From assembly GCF_006345805.1 (NCBI RefSeq), contig NC_043001.1:130634001-130698000 (forward strand): a DNA stretch of 64,000 nt. The letters run 5' to 3'. The notes under the pieces were generated by a model. The model had not been told where the DNA came from, searched no databases, and was given only the letters and a program-made list of their open reading frames with translations. The DNA comes from Octopus sinensis. Lineage: Eukaryota. Each line of letters starts with the position of its first letter. Position 1 is the first letter of the stretch. Both the position numbers and the translations under genes were made by a program. This document shows, one piece after another, positions 52,730-64,000 of this stretch.

Positions 52730-53744
52730 TTCATGAATATTTATATATACACATGCACAAACATACACACACACACACACACACAATAAGACCTCACTTT
52801 ACGAGGATCCACTTTACAAGACACCAGATTTACGATTTTTATTTTTCAGCTCAATTTTGTATGTTGAGCTGAAATTTTTCAAGCAAAAGATCCAAATTTT
52901 GAAAGAAGTGCAAAAATTTCTACTACCATAACAAATGCTTCAATGTGTTACAAAGAAATTTATAAAGAGTGAAAAAAAGCTTCATGTCAGCCAACAACAC
53001 TAGACTTGATTTTTAAAAAGAAATCTACAAGTGCTTGTGAATCAGCAATCGCATCTACAAATGATGGTGTATGTGAGTCCATAGAATAAAACAAAACGCC
53101 AAGAAATCAACAGTGGATATTCTAACAAACTAATACACCAAACCACAGAACAATACCAGTACAAATACAAAGTAATAAATACATCAGACACTACACCAGT
53201 CAAAAATACACAAACTCCACATAAAAATATTACATAAACAATCGATGATCACCTTAAAAAAAACTCATAAAATAGAACAGAAAATGCATAGCACTAACAC
53301 TAATAAAGTACAACAAAAATCTACAATTAAAAATCTGCATATCAATAACAAAACACATTCATGTAAATCTGGAAGCAAGCAACAAAAAATCAATGTATCA
53401 TACAAGTTTGATTGACTTGAATCACCTGTGTGACTTAAGATTGATTAAAAGGACTCTCACCTGAACGATTTGAACACTTTCCTACATAGAGTTTACTTAG
53501 GACCCTTTATTAAGTCAAAAGGATGTAATCTAAGGGAGATTTTTGATACTGTTTGTAGCAAGTCAAACAATTACTTAAAAAGTCCCTCTTAGCTTTTTTA
53601 GTTCATTAATTACAAAGGTGATTAAAACTCTGAAGGAGAATAAATAAACAAGAAAGGAAAAGGGGAGAGCTTCAAATAAAGCCGAGAGGGAAGTTGAAAA
53701 ACCCTTATATATTTTAAACACAAAGGCTCATATTCAGAAGGATA

Positions 53745-54041
53745 TCTTTATATATAAAAGTGAAGTTGTGTGTCTGTCTCCTACGATTTAGATTCCTAAC
53801 TACTCCCACATTTTGCGGTGCAGTTTAACCAAAACCGGGTATCTTATAGTCGTGATTCATATCGAGCCCTTCTGGGTATTAGCGCGTGTCTACGATGAGT
53901 CTACGATTTAAAAAAAATTTACCATAATTTTTTTTTCCATTTTTAATGCATTTTTTTGCTATTTTTTGGCTATAACTTTCTAAAAATGCTTATATAGTTA
54001 TTTCCCTTACAAACCCGAGCAACGCCGGGCGATACTGCTAG
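53745..54041 (+). mobile_element. Non-autonomous Helitron
   Basis: A|TCTTTATATATAAAAG 5' end, subterminal hairpin CCCGAGCAACGCCGGG, CTAG|T 3' end, inserted between A and T. Confidence 0.85.
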
Positions 54042-54298
54042 TGGTTAATAAATGTAAGTCTGTGTAGATCCTGCCATTTAGATAGTCCAGTAAGTGTGAC
54101 AGCAGCAGCAATTCCTAAATGATGGTTTTGTTGGCGCCATAGAAGTCACAGTAGGGGAGGTGGTGGATGGCTGCATGTAGGTTGGTAGCAATGATGGTAA
54201 AGGTAATTGTCTACATTTGGCTATCCAAATGACAGGATCTATGTAGATTCACATCCCTTAACAATATCCTTTTGATGATGGGCGTTTGTGTCTGATAT

Positions 54299-54660
54299 AC
54301 TCTTTACTCTTTTACTTGTTTCAGTCATTTGACTGCGGCCATGCTGGAGCACCACCTTTAGTCGAGCAAATCGACCCCAGGAACTTATTCTTTGTAAGCC
54401 CAGTACTTATTCTAGCGGTCTCTTTTGCCGAACCGCTAAGTGACGGGGACGTAAACACACCAGCATTGGTTGTCAAGCAATGCTAGGGGGACAAACACAG
54501 ACACACAAACACACACACATATATACATATATACGACAGGCTTCTTTCAGTTTCCGTCTGCCAAATCCACTCACAAGGCATTGGTCGGCCCGGGGCTATA
54601 GCAGAAGACACTTGCCCAAGATGCCACGCAGTGGGACTGAACCTGGAACCATGTGGTTGT
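54299..54660 (-). mobile_element. SINE family A (5' end slightly truncated)
   Basis: Reverse complement of the family A sequence. Confidence 0.92.
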
Positions 54661-55264
54661 TTAGCAATTTCCTTTCTCCATTGTTTGAAGTCCTCCTCCT
54701 TTCATTTTCCATTTTTTCTACGTCTGAATCACAATGCTTCAAGCAAACCCTAATGCTCTTCTCTCATTAAAAACATATTTTTGAACTATTTATACAAATT
54801 GTATTCAAGTCTGATTCAATTAGAGAAACTATTAAGTAAACTCAAACTTTTTATATTAATGACAGAAGTTGTAGATAGATTCAAACTGTCCCAATATGGA
54901 TAATTTTTATTTTAAAGTTACCTCTTCTTTTCTTAAGACCTTAAAACTGAGGCAATCATAGTTAATGATACAGGACCTAACTGTTCTGGCATCTAGTAAA
55001 TCGCAAACCTCTTTATCATTTCCTATCTAGCGCCTTTATGTGGTGTTATCCAAGTGTGGTTTAATACATAATATTACATTTTATTACAAACACATTTTCT
55101 TCTCTTATTGATGAAATATTGAATAACAATATGAGAATTTATATAAATATTAGGATACATTTATATATGCTGTACACATACAGTCATTATGTAATAATAA
55201 TTTAATATGTGTATGCATAATTTTTTTTTATATACCACAAACTTATTCATCATATTCGCATATA

Positions 55265-55479
55265 TTCTTTTACTCTTTTATTTGTTTCAGTCATTTGACT
55301 GCAGCCATGCTGGAGCACTGCCTTTAGTCAAATAACTCAACCCCTGGACTTATTCTTTGTAAGCATTGTACTTATTCTATTGGTCTCTTTTGCTGAACTG
55401 CTAAGTTATTGGGGCATAAACACATCAACATCAGTTGTCAAGCAATGGAGGAGGGACAAACACAGACACACAAATATAA

Positions 55480-55520
<41 letters not shown>

Positions 55521-55674
55521 CATATACGATGGGCTTCTTTCAGTTTCCGTCAACCAAATCCACTCACAAGGCCTTGATCGGCCCGAGGCTATAGTAGAAG
55601 ACACTTGCCCCAGGTGCCACACAGTGGGACTGAACCCAGAACCATGTGGTTGGGAAGCAAGCTTCTTACCACAC
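55265..55674 (-). mobile_element. SINE family A
   Basis: Reverse complement of the family A sequence. Confidence 0.9.
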
Positions 55675-56224
55675 AATAAGATAAGGTAACTTTCAAATGC
55701 ATTATTACAATAATGCATTGAAAGAAAAGTGAGTTTAAAGAAACAAATCAACTTCTTATCCAGACTTTTGTTGTTTGTTGTTTGTTCCTTCTCGAGCCAT
55801 GCCTGGCTCATAAGGGTTGGTTTCCTGGTTTCATTGGTGTATAGGTTTCCCACCTGGATGGGATGCTGGTCCATTGCACCCAGATTTTAGTAATAAAAAA
55901 AATAAGTTAAAAATACATCCTTATATGCTTTAAACCAGGCTTCAGCAAAAATTTTATAACTCACATGGCTGAAAAGTTTTTAGTTAAAAAGATCATAAGT
56001 AAAAGAAGTTTTTAAATCAAGTCAAAATTAGTCACAGATTTGTGGAAACTTTAGGAGTGTAACGGTGAGGAAATTTTAGAGGGTGACTTATAACAGCACC
56101 TATGGAGGTGATGTAATGGAAAATGCTTAACAAAGGAAATTTTCTCTGAATTTTAGGTGACATCTTAGGAAATTACCGAGGAGACAAAAAAAAGAAGAAA
56201 GTCAAACAGATATTAGCATGCATA

Positions 56225-56640
56225 AATGGAGTCTTAAAATCCATTTTGTCTATCCTAAATCTATCTTTAGGAATGAGGATAAAAGGAAAACAATATCCTT
56301 ATCTAGATATAAATTGCACTTGAAAAGCCGATCTGTTAACCAGTTAACATTAACCTGTCAATCATTAAAAACAGTACTCCCTATATAAATGGGGCAACGC
56401 AATGCTAATAATGCACTGCAGAGAAATACTATACATTAACCAAACTAATGTGTACTATAAACAAAAAGACATAATATCTAAATGACATTGCAAAAACAAT
56501 ATCAATCTGCCAGTACAACAGTAAAATAGGACATCATCTAACATAATATGAACAGAGTTTCTTCAATTGAATATATGCCATGTGCAACAGATTTGCTTCA
56601 TCAAGGCTACCCTGACGCAAAATAACATTTTACAGAGAGA
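56225..56640 (+). mobile_element. Possible very old PLE relic
   Basis: Only fragments: QYPYLDI (compare PLE RT 'LPFLDI') and SKIGHHL. Confidence 0.3.
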
Positions 56641-58045
56641 TTTCCAAAGTAATGAAAATTTACAAAGGTTTTTGAAATTGAAACGAAATTTCCAACAAGA
56701 AGGATTGTTTGCATTTCCATAATAAGGAAAATTACACAAATATTCATTTATCATTGAAACAGAAGCAAGGTGGATAATGGTCAGAGTTGATATGAACATT
56801 GACTGAATAAATGAATGATATAAGAGAGTGCGATGGAGGTTGGAGAGTAGCGAAAAACAAATAGTTATAATTAAAAGAAAAATAATAATAAACTACAGAA
56901 AATTAAAAGCATTTAAAAAAAAAACAAAGGAAAGAAATTAAGGGAGAATATATGGCATACAACAAGAAGAGCAGAGGGAGAAAAAAACAAGCAAAAGTAT
57001 AGGGATTGTTCTAGAATAAGAATGACAGATAAAACTAGCCATCGTGCATTCTTTATGGAAGCACAGAATGAAAGCATCAGTGAAAATAGCCTTTCACACA
57101 AAACTGGAAGCAGCAGCAGCAATAACAACAACAACAAATTCTTTTCTAAGAATATAACAAAAATAGGCGAAAAAGCACAATTAAAAAAAAAAAGACATTT
57201 TATACAAAAAAATAACAAAAAACTAATAGACAAAGTTTAAAGATTTTGTCTTTAATGAATTGTAACAGAGCAGAACTTATGCCATCATATGCCAACACTT
57301 ACTTAATGGAATTAAATACACCTAATATATTTCTAGCAATTCTAAACAGCAGTAACATAACTCTAGTTTTAATTGATGAAGTGTTGGGAAATCTTTTTTA
57401 TATTTGTATTTTTACCAAATTTATTTTGTTATTGTTCTTTTGTCTATATATCTTGGCAATTCTCTTTTTTTTTGTTTGTTTGCTTTCTAACCTTAGTTGT
57501 TATTGTTTTTACATTTTTATTTGCTTTTTTCTAGTTTTCTATTGTTTCCACTTACTTTTATTTATACATTTATGTTATCCAAGCATTTCTTTCTTTCTTT
57601 ATTTATTAACATATACACTTTTTTGTGTACATTTTAAAAGTTTGATTAGAGCTTCAAGAAGTAGGTGTTATATATTCAATACAATTTATAGGTTTAAAAA
57701 TGAATATTGAAATTTTTACAGTTAATATATTTTAGGCAACAGGTTGGCTGCTTGAGTGTGCAAAGAGAATAATGTTCTTGTTTTTTGTGGGTTTTATTTA
57801 TTTTCTATTTTTTTAAATTTTTTATTTTTATATTTTGCTGTTGGCACTTTTGCTGTTTTCATGTATGCATGAGTGTGAATATCTGCATTGTATATGTATG
57901 AATGTATATGTATGTTTCTATGTGTATGTATGTGTGTGTATGTGTGTGTATGTATGTATGTATGTATATAGACACATACACTCACACAAACACACACACA
58001 CATACTTACATACAAATATACATACATACCACACATACATACATG

Positions 58046-58080
<35 letters not shown>

Positions 58081-58446
58081 GTATGTGTGTATGTATGTAT
58101 ATTTGTATGTAAGTATGTATGTGTGTTTGTGTGTATGTCTATATGTATGTATATCTGCCTGTTTGTATGTATGTATGTATGAGTGTAACTTAGTTTCTGT
58201 TCTGAGTTATTAATCATCAATAAACAAAATGTCGATATTTTTTTATTAATTGATGGCAGAAATTATAAAATGGGGATGTAACATCTGTGGCTGATGTCCA
58301 GATTGTTAAGGGTTCAATTTTCACAGCAGCACTTGTACCATACTCTCAGGCTATGGTCCATAAGTTTACTTGCCTCATTTTACCTGACAGACAAAATACC
58401 TCTCTTCTACTTCACAGTTGAATGGTTTCATTGTAATATGCAAATA

Positions 58447-58830
58447 GTGGAGGCGCAATGGCCTAGTGGTTAGGGCAGCGGACTCGCGGTCGTAGGATCG
58501 CGGTTTCGATTCCCAGACCAGGCGTTGTGAGTGTTTATTGAGCGAAAACATCTAAAGCTCCACCGGCTCCGACAGGGGATAGTGGTGATCCCTGCTGTAC
58601 TCTTTCACCACAACTTTCTCTCACTCTTACTTCCTGTTTCTGTTGTACCTGTATTTCAAAGGGCCGGCCTTGTCACTCTCTGTGTCATGCTGAATATCCC
58701 CGAGAACTACGTTAAGGGTACACGTGTCTGTGGAGTGCTCAGCCACTTACACGTTAATTTCACGAGCAGGCTGTTCCATTGATCAGATCAACCGGAACCC
58801 TCATCGTCGTAACCGACAGAGTGCTTCCAC
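58447..58830 (+). mobile_element. SINE family C, full length
   Basis: TSD aatatgcaaata at 58435-58446 and 58831-58842. Confidence 0.94.
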
Positions 58831-59334
58831 AATATGCAAATAATCTGAGTATAAAAACAAAGGATGCAACAAAAGCTATATGGCTGCAAAAACTGCACTA
58901 AAACACTACCACTGCTGCCTTCATTACCACCACCGTCATCATTGTCGTCATCATCGTCATTTTTATTATCTATACTGCCATGAATTGGACGAGACTCCTT
59001 GAGGCGGCATCCTATAGCAGGGTGCCTCTTTTGCTGGCAAGATTTGTTTACCAAGTGAGGTATTTTGTTCCATGCCTTTAGATGTTTTGTTTTAAGCAGA
59101 CATAAACAATAAACATATCGTTGCTGCTGAAATGTCAAGGCAAATATATATGAAGGTAAACACATACAGAGAGGGAGAGTGAGTAGAAGAGGGAGGGAGT
59201 GCTCTGCACTGCAATTACGATCTTTTCAATTATAGCACATTAAAGAATACTCTACATTTACACACTGAGTTCTGTAACATATGATTTCTCCGTTTATCAA
59301 CAGAAAGTATTCTTCTTCTTATTATTATTATCAT

Positions 59335-59985
59335 TATTGCATTTCATCCGTCTTTACACTAAGCATTCAAATTCCACTAGGGTTGACTTTTCCTTTGATC
59401 CTTTCAGAGTCAATAGATTAAGTACCAGTGAAACACTGGGGTTGTTGTAATTAACTAAGTCCCCTCCCCGCAAAATTTCAGGTCTTGTACCTTTAATAAA
59501 AAGGGTTATTGTTTGTCATTGTATTGTCCCCCTCATTCTTCACTCTCGTGGCAAATAAATGAAACCATTATTATTACTATTATTATTAAGGCAGTGAGCT
59601 GGCATAATTGTTAGCACACTGGATGGAATGCTTTGTGATATTTAGTCTGTCTCCACATTCTGAGTTCAAATTCTGCTGAGGTAAACTTTCATCCTTTCAG
59701 GGTTGATAAATTATGTACCAGTTGCGAACTGGGGTCAATCTAATTGACTGGCCCCCTCCCCCAAAATTTCAGGCCTTGTGCTTAGAGTAGAAAAAAATTA
59801 TTATTATTATTATTATTATTATATTTAGCATATCAGGGGAAATGCTTAGCAGCATTTCGTCTGTCTACTTTCTAAGTTTAAATTCTGCTGAGGTTGACTT
59901 TACCTTTCGCCTTTTCAGGGTCGATAAAATAAGTACCAGTTGAGTATTGGGTTCAATGTAATCGACTTATCCTCTCCCTTGACAT
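59335..59985 (+). mobile_element. Three head-to-tail old SINE B copies separated by (ATT)n
   Basis: The block (g)ttcaaattc...gataaa..aagtaccag recurs with substitutions at ~59365, ~59662 and ~59876. Confidence 0.82.
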
Positions 59986-60254
59986 TCTCACACCAGCATC
60001 AGCCATATTGATAATCTCTATTCTTGAGTATTACTTATTTCAGCAACTCCAGAAGAATGAAATCCAGTGCCGGGATAAATTCTTCAAGATTTCTTCTCTA
60101 GGCCAAGGTCGGAACCATTTAGTGAGATGATAAGTCAATAACAAAAAACACATTTCATTATTTTTTCCTGGTGCTTATTTTATGAACTTCTGAAAAATGG
60201 AAAGCAAAACTGACCTTAACAAGATTTGAACTCAGAATGTACAGGACTTTTTAT

Positions 60255-60476
60255 CTTTTCGTCTTTTACCTTTTACTTGTTGCAATCATTAGATTGTGGC
60301 CATGCTGGGATACTGCCTTGAAGGATTTTAATTAAATGAATTGAACCCAGTACCTTTTTTCTATATAGCCTGGTACTAATTCTATCAATCTCTAATCGCT
60401 GAACTACTAAGTTACAGGGACCAATGCTGGTTGTCAAGCTGTGGTAGGCATAAATACAGACACAAAGACACACACT

Positions 60477-60528
<52 letters not shown>

Positions 60529-61042
60529 GGGTGTAACCGGGTCACTTATGAGTACCCCTCATTCATTGGACAATGAACTTTGCTTGCGAAGACCTCTTGA
60601 GGCAAGTGTAAACAAACCAAAATCACTGACGTGGCCAATGACAGTACTGCCTGATTGGTACTCGTGCCAGTGGAATGCTAAAAGCACATCCAGGACCACG
60701 GATTGTCTTCCATGCCAGTGACATATGAAAAGCACCATTCGAGCATGATTGTTACCAGCACCGGTCCTCAGTCAAACTGTCCAACCAATGCCAGCATGGA
60801 AAGTGGATATTAAACAATGATGATGATGATGATTATGATGGTGATATATATTTATAAATATATATATATGTATATTTATAAATATATATATATATATATA
60901 CAATAGGCTTCTTTCAGCTTCCATCTTCCAAATCCACTCACAAAACTTTGGTCAACCTGAGGCTATAGTAGAAGACATTTGCCCAATGTGCTATGCTATG
61001 GGATTGAACTTGAATCCATGTGGTTGGGAAATAAATTTCTTA
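60255..61042 (-). mobile_element. Old SINE A with an RTE-tail repeat (60527-60830, +) nested in its (TA)n linker
   Basis: SINE tail at 60255-60480 and head at 60900-61042; the insert ends ccagcatggaaagtggatattaaacaatgatgatg. Confidence 0.75.
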
Positions 61043-61829
61043 CCACACAGCCACACCTGCTCCCATGAAACTAAATATTGTAAAGCATTTTTTGCCAAAA
61101 CTCTAACAATTCTGCTAATTCACATACTATTTTAAAAAGCAAAAACACATTGAATACACCCAGAGAGGAGGTGGGCATAGTGGAATCATCCATTGTGCGA
61201 CAGTTACTGCTTTCTGTATTTAATAGCAGAGCAGACCAGGCATGAATTCCAGTATGATACAGCTGTTTGAGTTTACCTGCACCTTATATTTGTCTTGTTT
61301 GTTGGGAGTGTGCATAGTGGCCCTTAAGGCATTAAGAGAATTATAATGTGTGGTGCTGTAGTATTTGGTTAGTTGTGTCATTGTTGGGATTAGTACTGTT
61401 GTTTTTGTTATTATCAATGTAATTGCAGTCATGAAAAAATTTATGTTATTAACACTCACTGCTAATAGTACTTGTAATACTATTGCAACGACCATTTGTT
61501 TGATATTTGTACTGTTTGTTATTGTTGTTGGTGTTGTTGCTATTGAGGCAATTTTTTTTTTTCTTTTTGCAAATATATTTTTTCGAATTTAAGTATTTAT
61601 TTACATTTGTTTTATTTCTTCCATGCACCACCCCTACCCTACTCCTGTATTACAGCTGTTTTTCAAAAGTGTTTGTTTCAAACAAAGATGCAAACGAAAT
61701 AAAAAATCAAAATTATGATGCTGATATTGATGATGATGATGATGATGAGAATAAAAATCGATAATAATAAAAATAAAGATAAAAAAATTAAAATGAAAAT
61801 GACAATGACAACAGTAACAACAACTACAA

Positions 61830-61899
61830 CAGTAATAATAATAATAATAATAATGATAATAATAATAATAATGATAATAATAATAATATATTATTATTA

Positions 61900-61931
<32 letters not shown>

Positions 61932-62043
61932 ATAATTATAATAAAAATAATAATAATAATAATGATAATGATAATAATAATAATGATGATAATAATAATA
62001 TATTATTATAATAATGATAATAATAATGATAATAATAATAATG

Positions 62044-62076
<33 letters not shown>

Positions 62077-62108
62077 TGATAATAATAATAATAATAATAA
62101 TATAATAA

Positions 62109-62139
<31 letters not shown>

Positions 62140-62208
62140 ATAATAATAATAATAATAATAATAAATAATAATAATAATAATAATATATAATAATAATAAA
62201 TAATAATG

Positions 62209-62250
<42 letters not shown>

Positions 62251-62280
62251 TAATAATGATAATAATAATAATAATGACAG
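61830..62280. repeat. (AAT)n microsatellite
   Basis: Direct tandem repeat; a further tract lies at 62790-63100. Confidence 0.97.
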
Positions 62281-64000
62281 CAACAATGATTTCTTACTAT
62301 GGTACAAATTATAATAATAATAATGTTGGTAGTGGTGCTGCTGCTGGTGTTGATGAGGATGAAAATAAACAAAATAAGAAGTAAAAAAAAATGACAGAAA
62401 AAATTAAAATGACAAATATGCATGCTTGTGTGGTGCATGTTAAAATGCATGTGCATATATTAAGCAGTGCAGTTTCTTGCATGTGTGTATGTATATTTGC
62501 AATTTATATATATGTATATGTATATGTATGCATGTATGTATGTATGTATGTATGTTTGTATATATATGAATGTATGTATGTATGTATGTATGTATGTATG
62601 TATGTATGTATGTATGTATATATATTTATATATACACACATGGATATGGATATATATATATATTTTTTTTCTTTCTGAGAGTAGATGGTGTAATGCTTTT
62701 ATTTGGGCCATTAGGGTATGCAGATCAATTCTTCTAATATCGGACTCCCTTTCACAGGAATTATCAATATTGGTTTAATGGAATCCCAAATAATAATAAT
62801 AATAATAATGATAATAATAATAACAATAATAATAATGATAATAATGATAATAATAACAATAATAATAATAATAATGATAATAATAATGATGATGATGATG
62901 ATGATGCTGATAGCAACAGCAACAATGATAATATCAACAACAGCAGTACTGATAACAACAACAAAAATAATAACAGCAATGACAGTGATAATAATGAATG
63001 ATAATAACAATAACAACAACAGTACCAAATACAACAACAATAATAGAATAATAACAGGAATTTTGATGATGATGATGATGATGATGATGGTGATAACTAT
63101 TACTATTCAATAAAGAAAAAATATAGGAAAAATACTCCTTTGTACTCCTCAAAACTCATCCTGATGGCAATGATTATGATTACTCCGCTTTTCTATGCAC
63201 TTCTTTATATATGACTAAATAAGTATTTTTTTCATTTATTTTCTTTTTGTTCTTGATTTACAGCCCTGCTTATAGCAATGGGTGGTGGTGGTGGTGGTGG
63301 TGGTGGTGGTGGTTGTGGAGGGGCATGTGGAATGAGGATCATGTGCGGGCTTACAGCAGGTGGTTGTAGAATTTCAGGTAATGGGCAGTGTGCACTTAGA
63401 TTGCATGATAAACATACCTTGATAATGCTCAGGTAATTTTTAGTCATCATTTAAATATTCCTCCTATCTCTTCCTTTTGTTTGGTATATTTAGAAATCAT
63501 CATTTCACCACTACCATCATCATCATTGTCATTATCATCATCTTTATTATTATTAGTATATTTTATACCATTATTTATAATTTTTTTTGGTAGTTTCTAA
63601 TCTATTTATTTGAAGCATTTATTTTAAAATGACAATGAATTCGCATAATACAGGAGAAATTAGCGGGTGTTCAGATGGGTGTAAATGAGGTGGACAGAGT
63701 ACCCCACCACCCTCCCAAAAACAGTGAGAACAATAACAGAAAAAAAGAAAGGAAGAGAGAAAAATGAAAGAGAAGTGTGGGTGCGTGATTGAAATGAGAC
63801 AGTTGGTAGGGAATTAGGTGTGAGTGAGAGGAGGAAAGAATGATAGTGGTGATTTATAAATAAAAAACTGACAGAAAGATATAGATCATAATCTCTCTAT
63901 CAATATATATATATATATATAAAGATAATCCAAACAAGAAAACACAAAAAAAAACACAGCAACGCAAGGACATGGAACAAATAAAGTATTATTGGACGCT

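Noticed and set aside
53461-53481. 21-nt AG..GTGAG microexon candidate (minus)
   Set aside because: No polypyrimidine tract, and it is adjacent to repeat-like sequence.
56311-56332. AATTGCACTTG, a miR-92-like 5' end
   Set aside because: The rest does not match and there is no hairpin partner arm.
57246-57710. 154-aa hydrophobic ORF
   Set aside because: T-rich low-complexity translation with a non-ATG start and no domain.
58980-59054. GCCATG-initiated MNWTRLLEAASYSRVPLLLARFVYQ|gtgagg first-exon candidate (+)
   Set aside because: No recognisable homology or supported downstream exon; compatible with chance.

Overview
Very AT-rich eukaryotic DNA dominated by microsatellites ((TA)n, (AAT)n, (TACA)n, (CCA)n). 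The repeat content matches what I recognise from Octopus (coleoid cephalopod) genomes; this assignment is inference. I cannot identify an intact host protein-coding gene, so the window looks intronic or intergenic, and almost all ORFs in the track are microsatellite or SINE read-throughs. Supported content: three tRNA-derived SINE families, 3' fragments of CR1-, RTE- and R4/Dong-type LINEs, Penelope-like element (PLE) GIY-YIG remnants, piggyBac, Tc1/mariner and hAT MITEs, a Tc1/mariner transposase relic, a non-autonomous Helitron, a 4x297-bp tandem array and a ~1.5-kb tandem duplication. The most interesting unannotated signal is a set of minimal type-I hammerhead ribozyme motifs in several different short PLE-derived elements. 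It includes a ~370-bp fold-back with an intact hammerhead core on each strand. There is also a pre-miRNA-like hairpin and a speculative chain of minus-strand microexons. Coordinates were read by eye, and repeat boundaries are approximate.
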